A stretch of DNA of 63,290 nt from Candidatus Velthaea sp. (GCA_050012475.1 JBEKHC010000014.1:1-63290); one strand, 5' to 3'. Numbered from the stretch's first letter, positions 9,697 to 20,129 are shown. The notes: generated from the sequence alone by a model not told the origin. Numbers and translations: made by a program.

Positions 9697-10006
9697 TTCG
9701 TTCGCGTCGAATTCTCTCTTGGGATGGCACTACGGGCCGCGACTTCTCCTCCCGCCACCCGACGCGGATCGGAGCCGCCGATTGAAAGCTTCTTAGTCAG
9801 GGGAGACAAGCCCCGCAATCGGCAATCACTACGGGTCGAAGGTACTGCGCCGGCAGAGCAATGGACGCCGACCTTTCCGGTTGCGGAACGCGGTCTTCAC
9901 GAGAATGGCGATAGTTCTTCAACACGCGCGCATCCCGCGAGGATAGGTACTAGGGACGTGACGCGCTTCGGGCCGGCCACGGCGGCATCATTTTACTGAG
10001 GTACGC

Positions 10007-11695
10007 ATGAGCAGAGTCGAAGACAATCACGCGAACAAACCGACGGTTCCCTCGATCCACAACGGTGGCGAACCATTTTTCGGTTTTCGCGGCGAAGATT
10101 TGATGGCGACGGCCGGCGCGCTCGCGAAGGAAGCTTCGGCGAATCCGACGTTGCTGCTCGAGGAGCAAGCCGGACTCGTCCGCGACGTCATTCGCGTGCT
10201 GGCCGGCCAATCCGAGCTCCGGCCGGCGCCCAAGGACAAGCGGTTTTCCGACGTCACCTGGCGGGAAAACCCGTTTTACCGGGTGTTCCTGGGCGGCTAT
10301 CTCGCTTGGACGAAGTCGCTGCACGAACTCATCGAGAAGTCGAGTTTCGACCGGCTCACCAAAGAGCGTGCGCGCTTTATCGCCGACCTCATTACCTCGG
10401 CCGTTGCTCCGAGCAATTTCTTGGCCAACCCCGAAGCGCTCAAACGCGCCATCGACACCGGCGGGACGAGCGTCGTGTACGGACTGCGCAACATGATGTC
10501 CGACCTGTTTGGCAACTACGGAATGCCGTCGCAGATCGACAAGAGCGCCTTCGAGGTCGGCAAGAGTCTCGCGATCACCGAAGGTTCCGTGGTTTTTCGC
10601 AACGAGGTACTCGAGCTGATCCAGTACGCGCCGCAGACCAAGCAGGTCTACACAACCCCGCTGCTCATCGTTCCGCCGCAGATCAACAAATTCTACATCT
10701 TCGACCTGGCACCCGAAGACAGCTTAGTCGACTACTTGGTCGAAGGCGGTATCACGCTCTTCACCATCAGCTGGCGCAATCCGACCGCAGCCAACCGCGA
10801 TTGGGGCATGGACGCCTACGTGGCGGCGATCATCGAAGCGATGGCCGCAGTGCGCGAAATTTGCCACGTCGACAAAATCAATATCGCCGGCGCATGCGCG
10901 GGCGCGCTGACGGTGAGCGCGCTGCTGGGCTACTATGCCGCCGGGAGCGATGCGACCCCGGTCAATTGCGCGACGCACCTCGTTTCGGTTCTCGACATCG
11001 GCACGGACTCGATGATCGGGATGTTCGTGACGAAGGACATTCTCAAAACGGCGAAAGCGACGAGCGCATTTCGCGGCGTGCTCGAAGGCGCGGACATGGG
11101 CCGCATCTTCGCGTGGCTGCGGCCCAACGATCTCGTGTGGAACTACTGGGTCAACAACTATCTGTTGGGCAAAGATCCGCCGGCCTTCGACATGCTGTAC
11201 TGGAACGCCGACACGACCCGTTTGCCCGCCAAGTTTCACGCCGATTTGCTCGACATCTATGCCGAAAGCAAGCTTTTGCACCCGGGAGAGATGGTGGTTC
11301 TGGGCCGGCCGGTCGACATCGGGCAGATCGCGGGCGACTCGTATTTCGTCGCGGGCATCACCGATCACATCGCGCAATGGAAAGACGTGTATCGCAACAT
11401 GCTCGCGTTGCGCGGTGAACGGACGTTCGTGCTCAGCGCCGCCGGGCACATTCAGAGCATCGTCAACCCGCCGGCAGCGGCAGCGCGGCGGCAGTTTCTG
11501 ATCAACCCCGATCACCCCGAGAATCCCGCAGCGTGGCTCCAAGGGGCTACTCCTCAACCCGGCTCCTGGTGGAACCATTGGCTCGAATGGCTGCGACACC
11601 GTTCCGGCGACCAAATCGACGCCGCTTCCCAACTCGGGAGCGCCCGCAATCCGCCCATCGCAAAGGCCCCTGGTACCTACGTGCTGGCAAAGTGA
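10007..11695 (+). CDS. phaC: PHA synthase, class II-like (copy 1)
   Basis: PPQINKFY, GACAG Cys box, WLRPNDLVWNYWVNNYLLG, DHI, GHIQS, GSWW, PGTYV; 562 aa with Pseudomonas PhaC1/C2-like N-terminus. Confidence 0.95.
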   Translation: MSRVEDNHANKPTVPSIHNGGEPFFGFRGEDLMATAGALAKEASANPTLLLEEQAGLVRDVIRVLAGQSELRPAPKDKRFSDVTWRENPFYRVFLGGYLAWTKSLHELIEKSSFDRLTKERARFIADLITSAVAPSNFLANPEALKRAIDTGGTSVVYGLRNMMSDLFGNYGMPSQIDKSAFEVGKSLAITEGSVVFRNEVLELIQYAPQTKQVYTTPLLIVPPQINKFYIFDLAPEDSLVDYLVEGGITLFTISWRNPTAANRDWGMDAYVAAIIEAMAAVREICHVDKINIAGACAGALTVSALLGYYAAGSDATPVNCATHLVSVLDIGTDSMIGMFVTKDILKTAKATSAFRGVLEGADMGRIFAWLRPNDLVWNYWVNNYLLGKDPPAFDMLYWNADTTRLPAKFHADLLDIYAESKLLHPGEMVVLGRPVDIGQIAGDSYFVAGITDHIAQWKDVYRNMLALRGERTFVLSAAGHIQSIVNPPAAAARRQFLINPDHPENPAAWLQGATPQPGSWWNHWLEWLRHRSGDQIDAASQLGSARNPPIAKAPGTYVLAK

Positions 11696-11783
11696 GCCCG
11701 GCTTTTCAGACTGCGGCGTGGCCCTCAGAAGTGAGATAATCGGCGAAGCCGAAGAGTGTGCCGCGCCCCAATGGAGATCCAGC

Positions 11784-12392
11784 ATGACGACCAGTCAAGC
11801 CTCGGAAACTGCCTTTGTCGACCGATTCGAGAACGTCGTCGATCTCGTTGTCGAACGGCAGAGCGATGAAGCCACGGAGAGCCTGCGGGCGATCTCGCGC
11901 GTCGGTCTCGATCATGCGCAGGCGCCGCTGGCAAGACAGGCGGCGATTTTTGCCCGCGACCGCTACAGCTGCCGCTACTGCGGCACCCGGACGATTCTCA
12001 TTCCGGTTATGTACACGATCTCCGCGCTGTACGGCAGCATCTTCAAGGCCCATCGCCATTGGCGGCGCGATGAAACGGACATCGCGTATTGGACCTACGC
12101 GACGAGCCTCGAGCACATCGTGCCCACCCAGCACGGCGGCACAAACGAGGTCACGAATCTCGCGACCGCGTGCTGGCGCTGCAACGCCCTCAAGGGCAGC
12201 GCGACGCTCGAGCAGATCGGCTGGACGCTGCGTCCCGTCAGCGATCGGCCCTGGGACGGACTGGGCTCCCGGCTTCCGGAACTGCTGACGGTGCTCGATG
12301 AAACACCGTACCTTGAAGGGCTCATGAAATCCACGCGCTCTTACTTCGAGGGCTGGATCGAAGCCATCAACGAACCCGAAAAACTAACGTAA
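11784..12392 (+). CDS. HNH endonuclease
   Basis: IFARDRYSCRYCG...EHIVPTQHGGTNEVTNLATACWRCNALKG; ATG at 11784 follows GGAG. Confidence 0.85.
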   Translation: MTTSQASETAFVDRFENVVDLVVERQSDEATESLRAISRVGLDHAQAPLARQAAIFARDRYSCRYCGTRTILIPVMYTISALYGSIFKAHRHWRRDETDIAYWTYATSLEHIVPTQHGGTNEVTNLATACWRCNALKGSATLEQIGWTLRPVSDRPWDGLGSRLPELLTVLDETPYLEGLMKSTRSYFEGWIEAINEPEKLT

Positions 12393-12524
12393 CAAAGAAG
12401 ACAGCGCAGCGCGCAATCCGGCGCCTTTCAGGCGGCGGCTCCGCGCCGAACGCCACGCGGCTCGCGCAGCCGCACACGCCACGCGGGTTGCCGCGCAATG
12501 CGCCGAACCCGGCTGCTACTGCTG

Positions 12525-13751
12525 TTATGCGCTCGGCTTGAGCGCCGCTTGAGTTCCGTGCGCGTGTCTGCGCATGAAACGCGCGATTCGCGGCATGATC
12601 TCTTCGCGGAAACGACGCCCGTTGAAGACGCCGTAATGGCCGACGCCCGGCTGCAACAGGTGGTCGCGCTGCGCGGCGTTCAACGACGAGCACAAGTCGT
12701 GCGCCGCGACCGTCATGCCGGGCGAACACAAATCGTCGAGTTCACCTTCCACGGTCAAGAGTGCGGTCGCGCGAATAGCCGACGGATCGACCCGCTCGCC
12801 GCGCCACGTCAGCGTGCCGTTGGGCAGCGAGTGCTTCATGAACACGTGCTCGGCCGTCGTTAGGAAGTACTCTGCCGTCACGTCCATCACCGACAAATAT
12901 TCGTCATAGAACTTCTCGCGCACGGCGGCCGACTCGCCGTCGCCGCGCACCAGTTCGTTGTACATGTTGATGTGCGCGTTGATATGCCGCTTCGCGTTCA
13001 TCGAGATGAACGCGCCGAGCTGCACGATGCCTGGGTAGACGCGGCGTCCGGCTCCGGGATAGTAGGCCGGAACCGTCGTGAGCACGTTGCGCTCGAAGAA
13101 TTCGAGTGAGAGCTTTTCGGCGATTTTAGCTGCTTTGTTCGCATTCACGCGCACGTCCACCGGGCCGGCCATGATGGTCATCGTGCGGGGCTGCGCCGGA
13201 TCGTTGTGCGCCGCCATCAGCGAGACGGCGGCCAGGACGGCGGGAGCCGGCTGGCAGACCGCCATCACGTGGACATTCGGCCCGAGCATGCGCAGGTAAT
13301 CGATCGTGTAGCTGATGTAGTCATCGAGATCGAAGCTGCCGCAGTCGAGCGGCACCTGCTTGGCATCGGCCCAATCGGTAACGTAGACGTCGTGGTCGGT
13401 GATGAGCGCTTCGATCGTGCCGCGCATGAGCGTCGCGTAGTGGCCGGAAAGAGCGGCGACCATCAGAATCTGTGGAACGGGAGAGCGTCGTTCGCGTGAA
13501 AAACGCACCAGGCGGCAGAACGGACGCTCGTCGATGACATCCATCTTGGCGTCGATGTCCCATTCGGGTTTGCCGCGCCGCTTGGTGATGCTGGTAAACA
13601 CGTCGGCCGAAGCAGCGATCATGCGGCCGGGCAGGGTGTAGCGGAGCGGATTGAGCGGACTGCCGAAGATCGCTTGGGCAGCGGCCGCCGACCAGCGCAA
13701 CGGGGTCAGGCTCAGCGAAGTCGCATCGTACAGGTTGTATTTGGTAATGAT
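12525..13751 (-). CDS. phaZ: Intracellular PHB depolymerase (scl PhaZ type)
   Basis: ALSGHYATL, DVYVTDW, AVCQP Cys box, LLTVEGELDD, GVGHYGVFNG. The first standard start is TTG 13700, but the frame stays open and PhaZ-like up to ATT/ATC at 13748/13751. Confidence 0.92.
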   Translation of the reverse strand: MITKYNLYDATSLSLTPLRWSAAAAQAIFGSPLNPLRYTLPGRMIAASADVFTSITKRRGKPEWDIDAKMDVIDERPFCRLVRFSRERRSPVPQILMVAALSGHYATLMRGTIEALITDHDVYVTDWADAKQVPLDCGSFDLDDYISYTIDYLRMLGPNVHVMAVCQPAPAVLAAVSLMAAHNDPAQPRTMTIMAGPVDVRVNANKAAKIAEKLSLEFFERNVLTTVPAYYPGAGRRVYPGIVQLGAFISMNAKRHINAHINMYNELVRGDGESAAVREKFYDEYLSVMDVTAEYFLTTAEHVFMKHSLPNGTLTWRGERVDPSAIRATALLTVEGELDDLCSPGMTVAAHDLCSSLNAAQRDHLLQPGVGHYGVFNGRRFREEIMPRIARFMRRHAHGTQAALKPSA

Positions 13752-13929
13752 CGTCTGCCCATCCTAAAAGCGCGGTTCCCGAAGGAACCGGAAAGCATTC
13801 GAACGGCCGGCTGGCCTGCGTTGTAACCGCGAAAGGTTATACCCATCTTTCGGCGCTTCACTGGAGGAAACGTTCAGTTTTTCGCGTCGGGGTATGAAAA
13901 TTGTAGAATTTCACCTATTCCGTACCCCT

Positions 13930-13964
13930 AAAAAACGGACCCTCGCTTCAAAAGCGAGGGTCCG
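13930..13964 (-). terminator. Rho-independent terminator of the acyl-CoA dehydrogenase gene
   Basis: 13-bp stem CGGACCCTCGCTT/AAGCGAGGGTCCG followed by T6 on the minus strand. Confidence 0.8.
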
Positions 13965-14092
13965 ATGCGGCACATCCGCCGCTGGGCGGACCTAGCGGAC
14001 TGCGCTGCGCGCAGTCCGTCGCGTTTTGTCTTCGCGGGTGAACCGAGCGAAGCCGAGGCACACCCATAAGCCGCCAGTCCGCGCCCTGGCAG

Positions 14093-15907
14093 TTATGCCG
14101 TTACGAGCAACTGCCGGTCGAGGTCGTACTGTTCCTCGGTCAACGTCATGACCGAGGCCGAACCGCTCACGATTTCATGGTTGAGCCAAAGTGCCTGGCT
14201 CAGCACGTGATCGGCGTAGAAACGCGCCGTGGTCAACTTGGCGGCGTAGAACGGGTCGCTTTCGCCCGCTGCGATTTTCTTCGCGCTGATGCCTGCGGCG
14301 CGAGCCATCTGCCAGCCGCCGGCGACGACGCCCCAAAGTTTGGCGTACGGCACGCTGCATGCGAATGCAAGATTGACATTCGTTCCCGCGCTCTTGCCCA
14401 CGAACTCCGAGGCCGCCACGAGCAGATCGATGCCGTTGAGCAGTTGCTGCTTGATGACGGCAACGTCGGCGTTCGAGACGTCGAGTTCGGCTGCGTCCTT
14501 CTTCATCTGGGCGACGACCGCCGTCGCCGCGGCGCCCTTGTCGCGGATGACCTTCCGGCCGATGAGATCCATCGCTTGAATTCCGGTCGTGCCTTCGTAG
14601 ATGCCCACGATACGCACATCGCGATACTGCTGGGCAATCCCGGTTTCCTCAACGTAACCCGTGCCGCCGAATACCTGGACGGCGGTCGAACACAGGTCGT
14701 TGCAGCTTTCGGCGAACCATGCCTTGACCACCGGAATCATGAGTTCGATGAACGCCTTGTGCTGCGCGCGAACGTCCGCATCGGGATGTTTGGCCTCGTA
14801 ATCGAGCGACGCGGCGATGACGCCCGCGAGCGCCCGCATCGCCTCGAGCTGAGACTTCATCCACATGAGCATGCGCCGCACGTCGGCATGTTTGATGATG
14901 GGAGCAGCGTTGAAGGATTTGTTGCCGACTTCGCGCCCTTGCAGCCGTTCCTTCGCATACTCGAGCGCGCTTTGATACGCGCGGTCGGCGATGCCCAGAC
15001 CTTGCACGCTGATGCCGAAGCGCGCCGCATTCATCATCACGAACATATACTCGAGTCCGCGATTCAGCTCGCCCACCAGATACCCGATGGCGCCGCCCTT
15101 TTCACCGTAATTGATCGAGCACGTCGGATTGCCGTTGATGCCGAGCTTGTGTTCGATGCCCGCGCAAACGACATCGTTGCGTTCGCCTAAACTGCCGTCC
15201 GCGTTGACGAGCACTTTGGGGACGATGAAGAGCGAAATCCCCTTGGTCCCGGCCGGCGCATCGGGCAGCCGTGCGAGCACCAAGTGGATGATGTTGGGCG
15301 CCATGTCGTGGTCGCCGAACGTGATGAAAATCTTCTGACCGGTGATCTTGTAGTGATCGCCTTCGGGAACCGCTTTGGTACGCACCGCGGCCAGGTCCGA
15401 ACCGGCTTGCGGCTCGGTGAGATCCATCGTCCCGCACCACTCGCCGCTGACGAGTTTGGGAATGTACGTGTGCTTCTGCGCTTCGGAGCCGCACAGTTCG
15501 ATCGCTTCGATCGCGCCCTGATTGAGCAGCGGGCCGTTGCCGAAACCGACGTTCGAGCCGTTCCACATTTCGATCGTCGGAGCGGTCAGCAGTTGCGGCA
15601 AACCTTGACCGCCGTGGTCGGCCGAAAACGGGAGTCCGATCCAGCCCGCCTTCGCGAATTGCGCGTACGCCTCTTTGAAGCCGGGCGCGGTGGTGACCAC
15701 GCCGTCGTTCCACTTGCAGCCGTTGATGTCGCCGCTGCGATTGATCGGGTCCAGCACCTCGGCGGCAAATGTCGCGGCCTCTTGCAGAATTGCGTCGACG
15801 ACATCGACGGTGTCCTCGTAGCCCGGCAGTTTGGCAATTTGCTCGAGGCCGGCAAGTTCGTTGAGAACGAATTGCATGTCGCGCAGCGGGGCTCGGTACG
15901 TGCTCAT
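14093..15907 (-). CDS. Acyl-CoA dehydrogenase, long (~600 aa) type
   Basis: YRAPLRDMQF, GTMDLTEPQAGSDL, KIFIT, EHKLGI, QVFGGTGY, IYEGTTGIQA. Confidence 0.93.
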   Translation of the reverse strand: MSTYRAPLRDMQFVLNELAGLEQIAKLPGYEDTVDVVDAILQEAATFAAEVLDPINRSGDINGCKWNDGVVTTAPGFKEAYAQFAKAGWIGLPFSADHGGQGLPQLLTAPTIEMWNGSNVGFGNGPLLNQGAIEAIELCGSEAQKHTYIPKLVSGEWCGTMDLTEPQAGSDLAAVRTKAVPEGDHYKITGQKIFITFGDHDMAPNIIHLVLARLPDAPAGTKGISLFIVPKVLVNADGSLGERNDVVCAGIEHKLGINGNPTCSINYGEKGGAIGYLVGELNRGLEYMFVMMNAARFGISVQGLGIADRAYQSALEYAKERLQGREVGNKSFNAAPIIKHADVRRMLMWMKSQLEAMRALAGVIAASLDYEAKHPDADVRAQHKAFIELMIPVVKAWFAESCNDLCSTAVQVFGGTGYVEETGIAQQYRDVRIVGIYEGTTGIQAMDLIGRKVIRDKGAAATAVVAQMKKDAAELDVSNADVAVIKQQLLNGIDLLVAASEFVGKSAGTNVNLAFACSVPYAKLWGVVAGGWQMARAAGISAKKIAAGESDPFYAAKLTTARFYADHVLSQALWLNHEIVSGSASVMTLTEEQYDLDRQLLVTA

Positions 15908-16093
15908 AAGCTTTCCTCAGAATGACGAAGAGTAAAAGACGCCGTACCGAGCCGATGCCCAAGAAAGTTCTCGTCGACAAGCCGACAAGAGTCGAGAAGG
16001 CAACGCTTCCATCAACGATTCGCAACCGCTATGAAAGTGCGGCTGCGCCGGAGCGCCCTTCCCGCTTCGAACTTACTCACTTCGGATCGGACC

Positions 16094-16129
16094 GACCATA
16101 GTGAAACAGGAAAGACCATAGTAAAACGG
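16094..16129. promoter_or_regulatory. 16-bp direct repeat pair, candidate operator
   Basis: GACCATAGTGAAACAG (16094-16109) and GACCATAGTAAAACGG (16114-16129), 20-bp period, upstream of the acyl-CoA dehydrogenase. Confidence 0.5.
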
Positions 16130-16322
16130 CTGAAATTAGTTTTCGCACCGGGGTGTGTACGTCCTGCGAATTTTCGCGCCGCGGCCGTGCACATCCGATT
16201 CACAGCCAAGGTGCGCTTGCCACGCCGCGACCGGCACACCCAAGCGGCGTGCGGCCGCGCCGGTACGATGCTGGGCCGAATCCACGGGCCAAGCGTGACA
16301 GAACGCACGAAAGCAGCGCCCG

Positions 16323-17417
16323 CTACACCTCGACGATCACTTTGAGCGCCTTGGTCTCCGCTGCGCGCCCGAACGTATCGTACGCATCCAGCATGTCAGC
16401 GAGCTGGAAATGATGGGTGATGAGGAGGGTCGGGTCGACCTTCTTGTACTGGATGGTCTTGAGCAGGAGCGGCGTCGTGACCGTATCGACCAGTCGCGTC
16501 GTGATCGAAATGTTGTGCGCCCACAGACGCTCGAGATGCAGATCGACCATCTTGCCGTGCACGCCGACGTTGGCCAGCGTTCCGCCGGCCGCCACGATCC
16601 CCTCGCAAACGGCAAACGTCGCGGGGGTTCCGACCGCTTCGATCGCGGTGTCGACGCCCCGTCCGCCGGTCATCTCCATGACCGCTTCGGCGGCCTTCCC
16701 GTCGGTGTTGTTCACGACCGCCGATGCGCCCAGCCGCTTGGCCGTCGCGAGCCGGTTATCGTCGACGTCGATGACGATGATTTCGGCCGGCGAGTAGAAC
16801 TGCGCGGCCAAGAGCGCCGCAAGCCCGACCGGACCCGCGCCGACGATGGCTACGGTATGACCCGGCTCGACTTTCCCATTGAGGACGCCGCATTCGTAAC
16901 CGGTCGGCAGGATGTCGCTGACCATCACGAGTGCTTCCTCGTCGCTTCCCGGCGGCACGGCATGCAGGCTCGTGTCGGCGTGCGGAACGCGCACGTACTC
17001 GGCTTGGGTCCCGTCGATGAGGTGCCCGAGGATCCAGCCGCCGTCACTACAGTGCGAATAAATGCCTTTTTTACACTTCGAGCACTTGCCGCACGACGTG
17101 ATGCACGAAACGATGACCGGGTCGCCGACTTTGAACTCGCTGACGCCCGATCCGACGGAATCCACGATGCCGACGCCTTCGTGACCGAGGATCCGTCCCG
17201 GTTCACACGACGGAACGTCGCCTTTGAGAATATGCAGATCCGTGCCGCAGATCGTCGTTTTGACGATTTTCACGATCGCGTCCGAGGGCTTTTGGATGGT
17301 CGGACGCGGCCGATCCTCCAGCGTTTTCTTCCCCGGTCCACCGTACACAAGTGCCTTCATGGTTTTGACCGATGACGCGTCATCGGATTGAAGCGTCATC
17401 ACTTTGGTTGCTGACAT
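16323..17417 (-). CDS. Zinc-dependent alcohol dehydrogenase (MDR family)
   Basis: CGTDLH, GHEGVG, CGKCSKCKKGIYSHC, GAGPVG; ATG 17417 has a GAGAGGA RBS (alternative start at MKALVY). Confidence 0.93.
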   Translation of the reverse strand: MSATKVMTLQSDDASSVKTMKALVYGGPGKKTLEDRPRPTIQKPSDAIVKIVKTTICGTDLHILKGDVPSCEPGRILGHEGVGIVDSVGSGVSEFKVGDPVIVSCITSCGKCSKCKKGIYSHCSDGGWILGHLIDGTQAEYVRVPHADTSLHAVPPGSDEEALVMVSDILPTGYECGVLNGKVEPGHTVAIVGAGPVGLAALLAAQFYSPAEIIVIDVDDNRLATAKRLGASAVVNNTDGKAAEAVMEMTGGRGVDTAIEAVGTPATFAVCEGIVAAGGTLANVGVHGKMVDLHLERLWAHNISITTRLVDTVTTPLLLKTIQYKKVDPTLLITHHFQLADMLDAYDTFGRAAETKALKVIVEV

Positions 17418-17585
17418 CGTGACCGTCCTCTCCGGATCTTGCGGGCCTCTGGTTGCCGAGGCGTACCTCAGAATAACCGAAAAGGCAGCGCGCGTCCCGT
17501 GTCGCAGATTCCAGCTCAAAACATATTAGCAAGCAGTGCTCGACTCGCACCTCGATCCAAGCGTTCCCGCCGCATCGCAGGCGTT

Positions 17586-17629
17586 AAAAAAAGCGATGCC
17601 GGAGCTGCCCGAAGCAGTCCCGGCATCGC
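17586..17629 (-). terminator. Rho-independent terminator of the DUF3141 gene
   Basis: Stem GCGATGCCGG/CCGGCATCGC followed by T7 on the minus strand. Confidence 0.7.
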
Positions 17630-17655
17630 ACTCGCGCGTGCTTCGCTCGTCTTTT

Positions 17656-20049
17656 TTAGGAGACCGTCGCTCCGGAATCGCCCGGCAAAGCGGCAGTTTC
17701 GAGCACGCCCAGCAGTTCCTCGACGTGACGGATGCGCGCCTCGCGCTCCGCATCGATGGCGCCCATCGCTTTTTCCATGCGCCGCACAGCGTGCATCGTG
17801 GCGAGCCGGTGTTCGCGGTCGGCGAGGAGCACCGTCAGCGTTTCGAGCGCGTGCTGCTCGTCGAGCCGTACCAGGAACGTTTGCTCGCGCACCGCGTCTT
17901 TGAATTCGACGAGCGTCTTGCGCGTATTCTCGTGCGCTTCATCGTAGATTTGCTTGAGCGCCTTGAAGCCGCGTTCTTCCGCCGCCGGCTGACCCTTGTG
18001 AATGTACGCGCAGATCCGGACGAATGCTTCGAGCGTGCCGCCCTTGACTTCGCGCGCCTTGAGTTCTTCGATCTTTTCAGCCAACTGTGCGCGCCGGGCG
18101 CCTTCATCGCCGCGGCTGGTGTCGCGCTTCCCGGTAACGCCGAGCGCACGCTGCACGAACGGATCCTCGAAGATCGCCTTGAAGAGCAGCTCTTGCGTGC
18201 CGTCGCGCAGATCGCGGAAAAGGTCGAGCGAACGGACCAGGGTATCCGAGAACGTCTGCTCGATCCCGACGAACACGTTGTCGTCGGCGACCTGGTGGCG
18301 ATTCTTGCGCACCGACTCAGCGGCGACTTTGACGACGCCCATCGCCGGATTTACTTTGTCGGCGAAGATGTGCTGACGCACGCGTCCGGGATGCAGTTCG
18401 CGCATGAGCGCGGCGGTCGGTTCGTTTGCTACCGCCCGCACGAACGGGGAGATGTAGCGCAGGTAGAGCCCCTCGTTGATTTCCGAGAGCCGCGCGGCGG
18501 CCTCGAACGGCTTCTCGTCCTTGGGCGTCCCTCCCATGTCACGGATGTCTTGCAGCTTGCGCTCCTTAAATTTCACGCTGTAGCGGTGCGCGATCAGCTC
18601 GTCCGGGTCGTGGCTGGGCTCCTTGTCGTTGATCGTCATCTCGTACAGGCCGGGCGGCAGCATCTCGACCATCTCGAGCGTGCGGACAACCTCGGCATGC
18701 TCTTTGCGATTCACGTCGCCGGCGACGAATATCCCCAAATGCCCGACGGTTTGGTGGAGCATGTAGATGATCGTCTGTTCGTTGGCCAGCAGGTCTTCGT
18801 CGGTCGCGTAGGTGTCGAGGATCCAGTGCAGCGCTTGCGCCGGCGGGGTGATGTTGTCGCCCCACGAGCAGAACACGATAACCGGCGACTTGATGTTGCG
18901 CAGATCGATCGGATCGGCGCCCGCGTCTTGAACCAGCCGTCCTTGGACGAGCTTATTTTGCGTGAAGAGGTCGTTGATGATGAAGCGTATTTCCTCGGAC
19001 GTCGAGAGGAAGAACGCGCCCCACCATTTCTCGAATTCGAGGTACCGTTTGGCCTCGCTATCGATCTTGCGGAACAGGCCGTAATTCTTGCTCCACAGCG
19101 CGTTGCCGGGATTCATGATCTCGAAGTTCGCGACGGCGTTCGCGCCGTCGAAGGTCCCGTTTCCGATGTCGCACATCAGCGACATCACCCACGAGCCCCC
19201 CATGAGGCCGCCCGCAAACCGGATCGGGCTGTCGCCCTCGGCGCCGGCCCAATACGAGAGCGGAGCGCCGGTCAGCATGATCGGGCCGAAATCCTCGGGC
19301 GCTCCGGCGCACAGAATCGCGACCGCCCAACCGCCCTGGCAGTTGCCGATCACGACCGGCTTGTTCGCGTCCTTGTGCAGTTCGCGGACGTGGTGAACGA
19401 AGATCGTCTCGACGTGGTGCACGTCGGCGATCGTCTGGCCGGGTACGGGGTCCGGGAAAAACGTGACCAGATAACACTGGTGCCCGGAGCGCATGGCCAT
19501 CCCGATCTGACTGTCTTCTTTGAACCCGCCGACGCCCGGACCGTGACCCGCACGCGGGTCGACGATGACGTAGGGCCGTTTCTTCGGATCGATCTTTTGA
19601 TGCGCGCGCGGCTTCACTTTGAGCAACGCGTAATTTGCCGGCCGGTCGAACGTGCGGCCGTCCAGGATCATTTCCGAATCAAACGTCAACAGCGCGGGTT
19701 TGCCCTGCTCCGTATGATCGAGGGTGGCGTTGCCGCGTTCGCGCATGACGTCCAGCATGAGCACCGACCGCTGCGTGCGGTCCAGCCAGTAGTCGAAGAG
19801 CTGGCCCGCCAGCCCGGGCACGGGCAAACCGCCCATCAGGGGCAGCCCGCTTTTAGCGCGTTGGGCCGCGCCGTTGGTTTTCGCCGCGGCGCCGTTCGTC
19901 TTGACGGTTGAACCGTTTGCCGCTGCCGCGCCGTTGGTGGCGGATGCGCCGTTTGACTCGGCTGAGCTGCCTTTGCTCGGCAGCATCGGACGCAGGAGAG
20001 TATCCGACCAGACTTTCACCACTTGCCCGGCAAGCTTGGGGAGGAACAT
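17656..20049 (-). CDS. DUF3141 domain PHA synthase/depolymerase-like hydrolase
   Basis: DPRAGHGPGVGGFK, GNCQGGW, GAPLSYWAG, SWGDNITPP, GHLGIFV. Confidence 0.9.
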   Translation of the reverse strand: MFLPKLAGQVVKVWSDTLLRPMLPSKGSSAESNGASATNGAAAANGSTVKTNGAAAKTNGAAQRAKSGLPLMGGLPVPGLAGQLFDYWLDRTQRSVLMLDVMRERGNATLDHTEQGKPALLTFDSEMILDGRTFDRPANYALLKVKPRAHQKIDPKKRPYVIVDPRAGHGPGVGGFKEDSQIGMAMRSGHQCYLVTFFPDPVPGQTIADVHHVETIFVHHVRELHKDANKPVVIGNCQGGWAVAILCAGAPEDFGPIMLTGAPLSYWAGAEGDSPIRFAGGLMGGSWVMSLMCDIGNGTFDGANAVANFEIMNPGNALWSKNYGLFRKIDSEAKRYLEFEKWWGAFFLSTSEEIRFIINDLFTQNKLVQGRLVQDAGADPIDLRNIKSPVIVFCSWGDNITPPAQALHWILDTYATDEDLLANEQTIIYMLHQTVGHLGIFVAGDVNRKEHAEVVRTLEMVEMLPPGLYEMTINDKEPSHDPDELIAHRYSVKFKERKLQDIRDMGGTPKDEKPFEAAARLSEINEGLYLRYISPFVRAVANEPTAALMRELHPGRVRQHIFADKVNPAMGVVKVAAESVRKNRHQVADDNVFVGIEQTFSDTLVRSLDLFRDLRDGTQELLFKAIFEDPFVQRALGVTGKRDTSRGDEGARRAQLAEKIEELKAREVKGGTLEAFVRICAYIHKGQPAAEERGFKALKQIYDEAHENTRKTLVEFKDAVREQTFLVRLDEQHALETLTVLLADREHRLATMHAVRRMEKAMGAIDAEREARIRHVEELLGVLETAALPGDSGATVS

Positions 20050-20129
20050 GAATGGGACTCCCTCCGTCCGCGGCGCGCTAGAGAGCCCGCACGTGGACTC
20101 GTAGAAAAAAATATTTTAGTTCTACCTGT

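Noticed and set aside
17536..19911. 791-aa plus-strand ORF
   Set aside because: Antisense shadow of the DUF3141 gene; no recognisable motifs.
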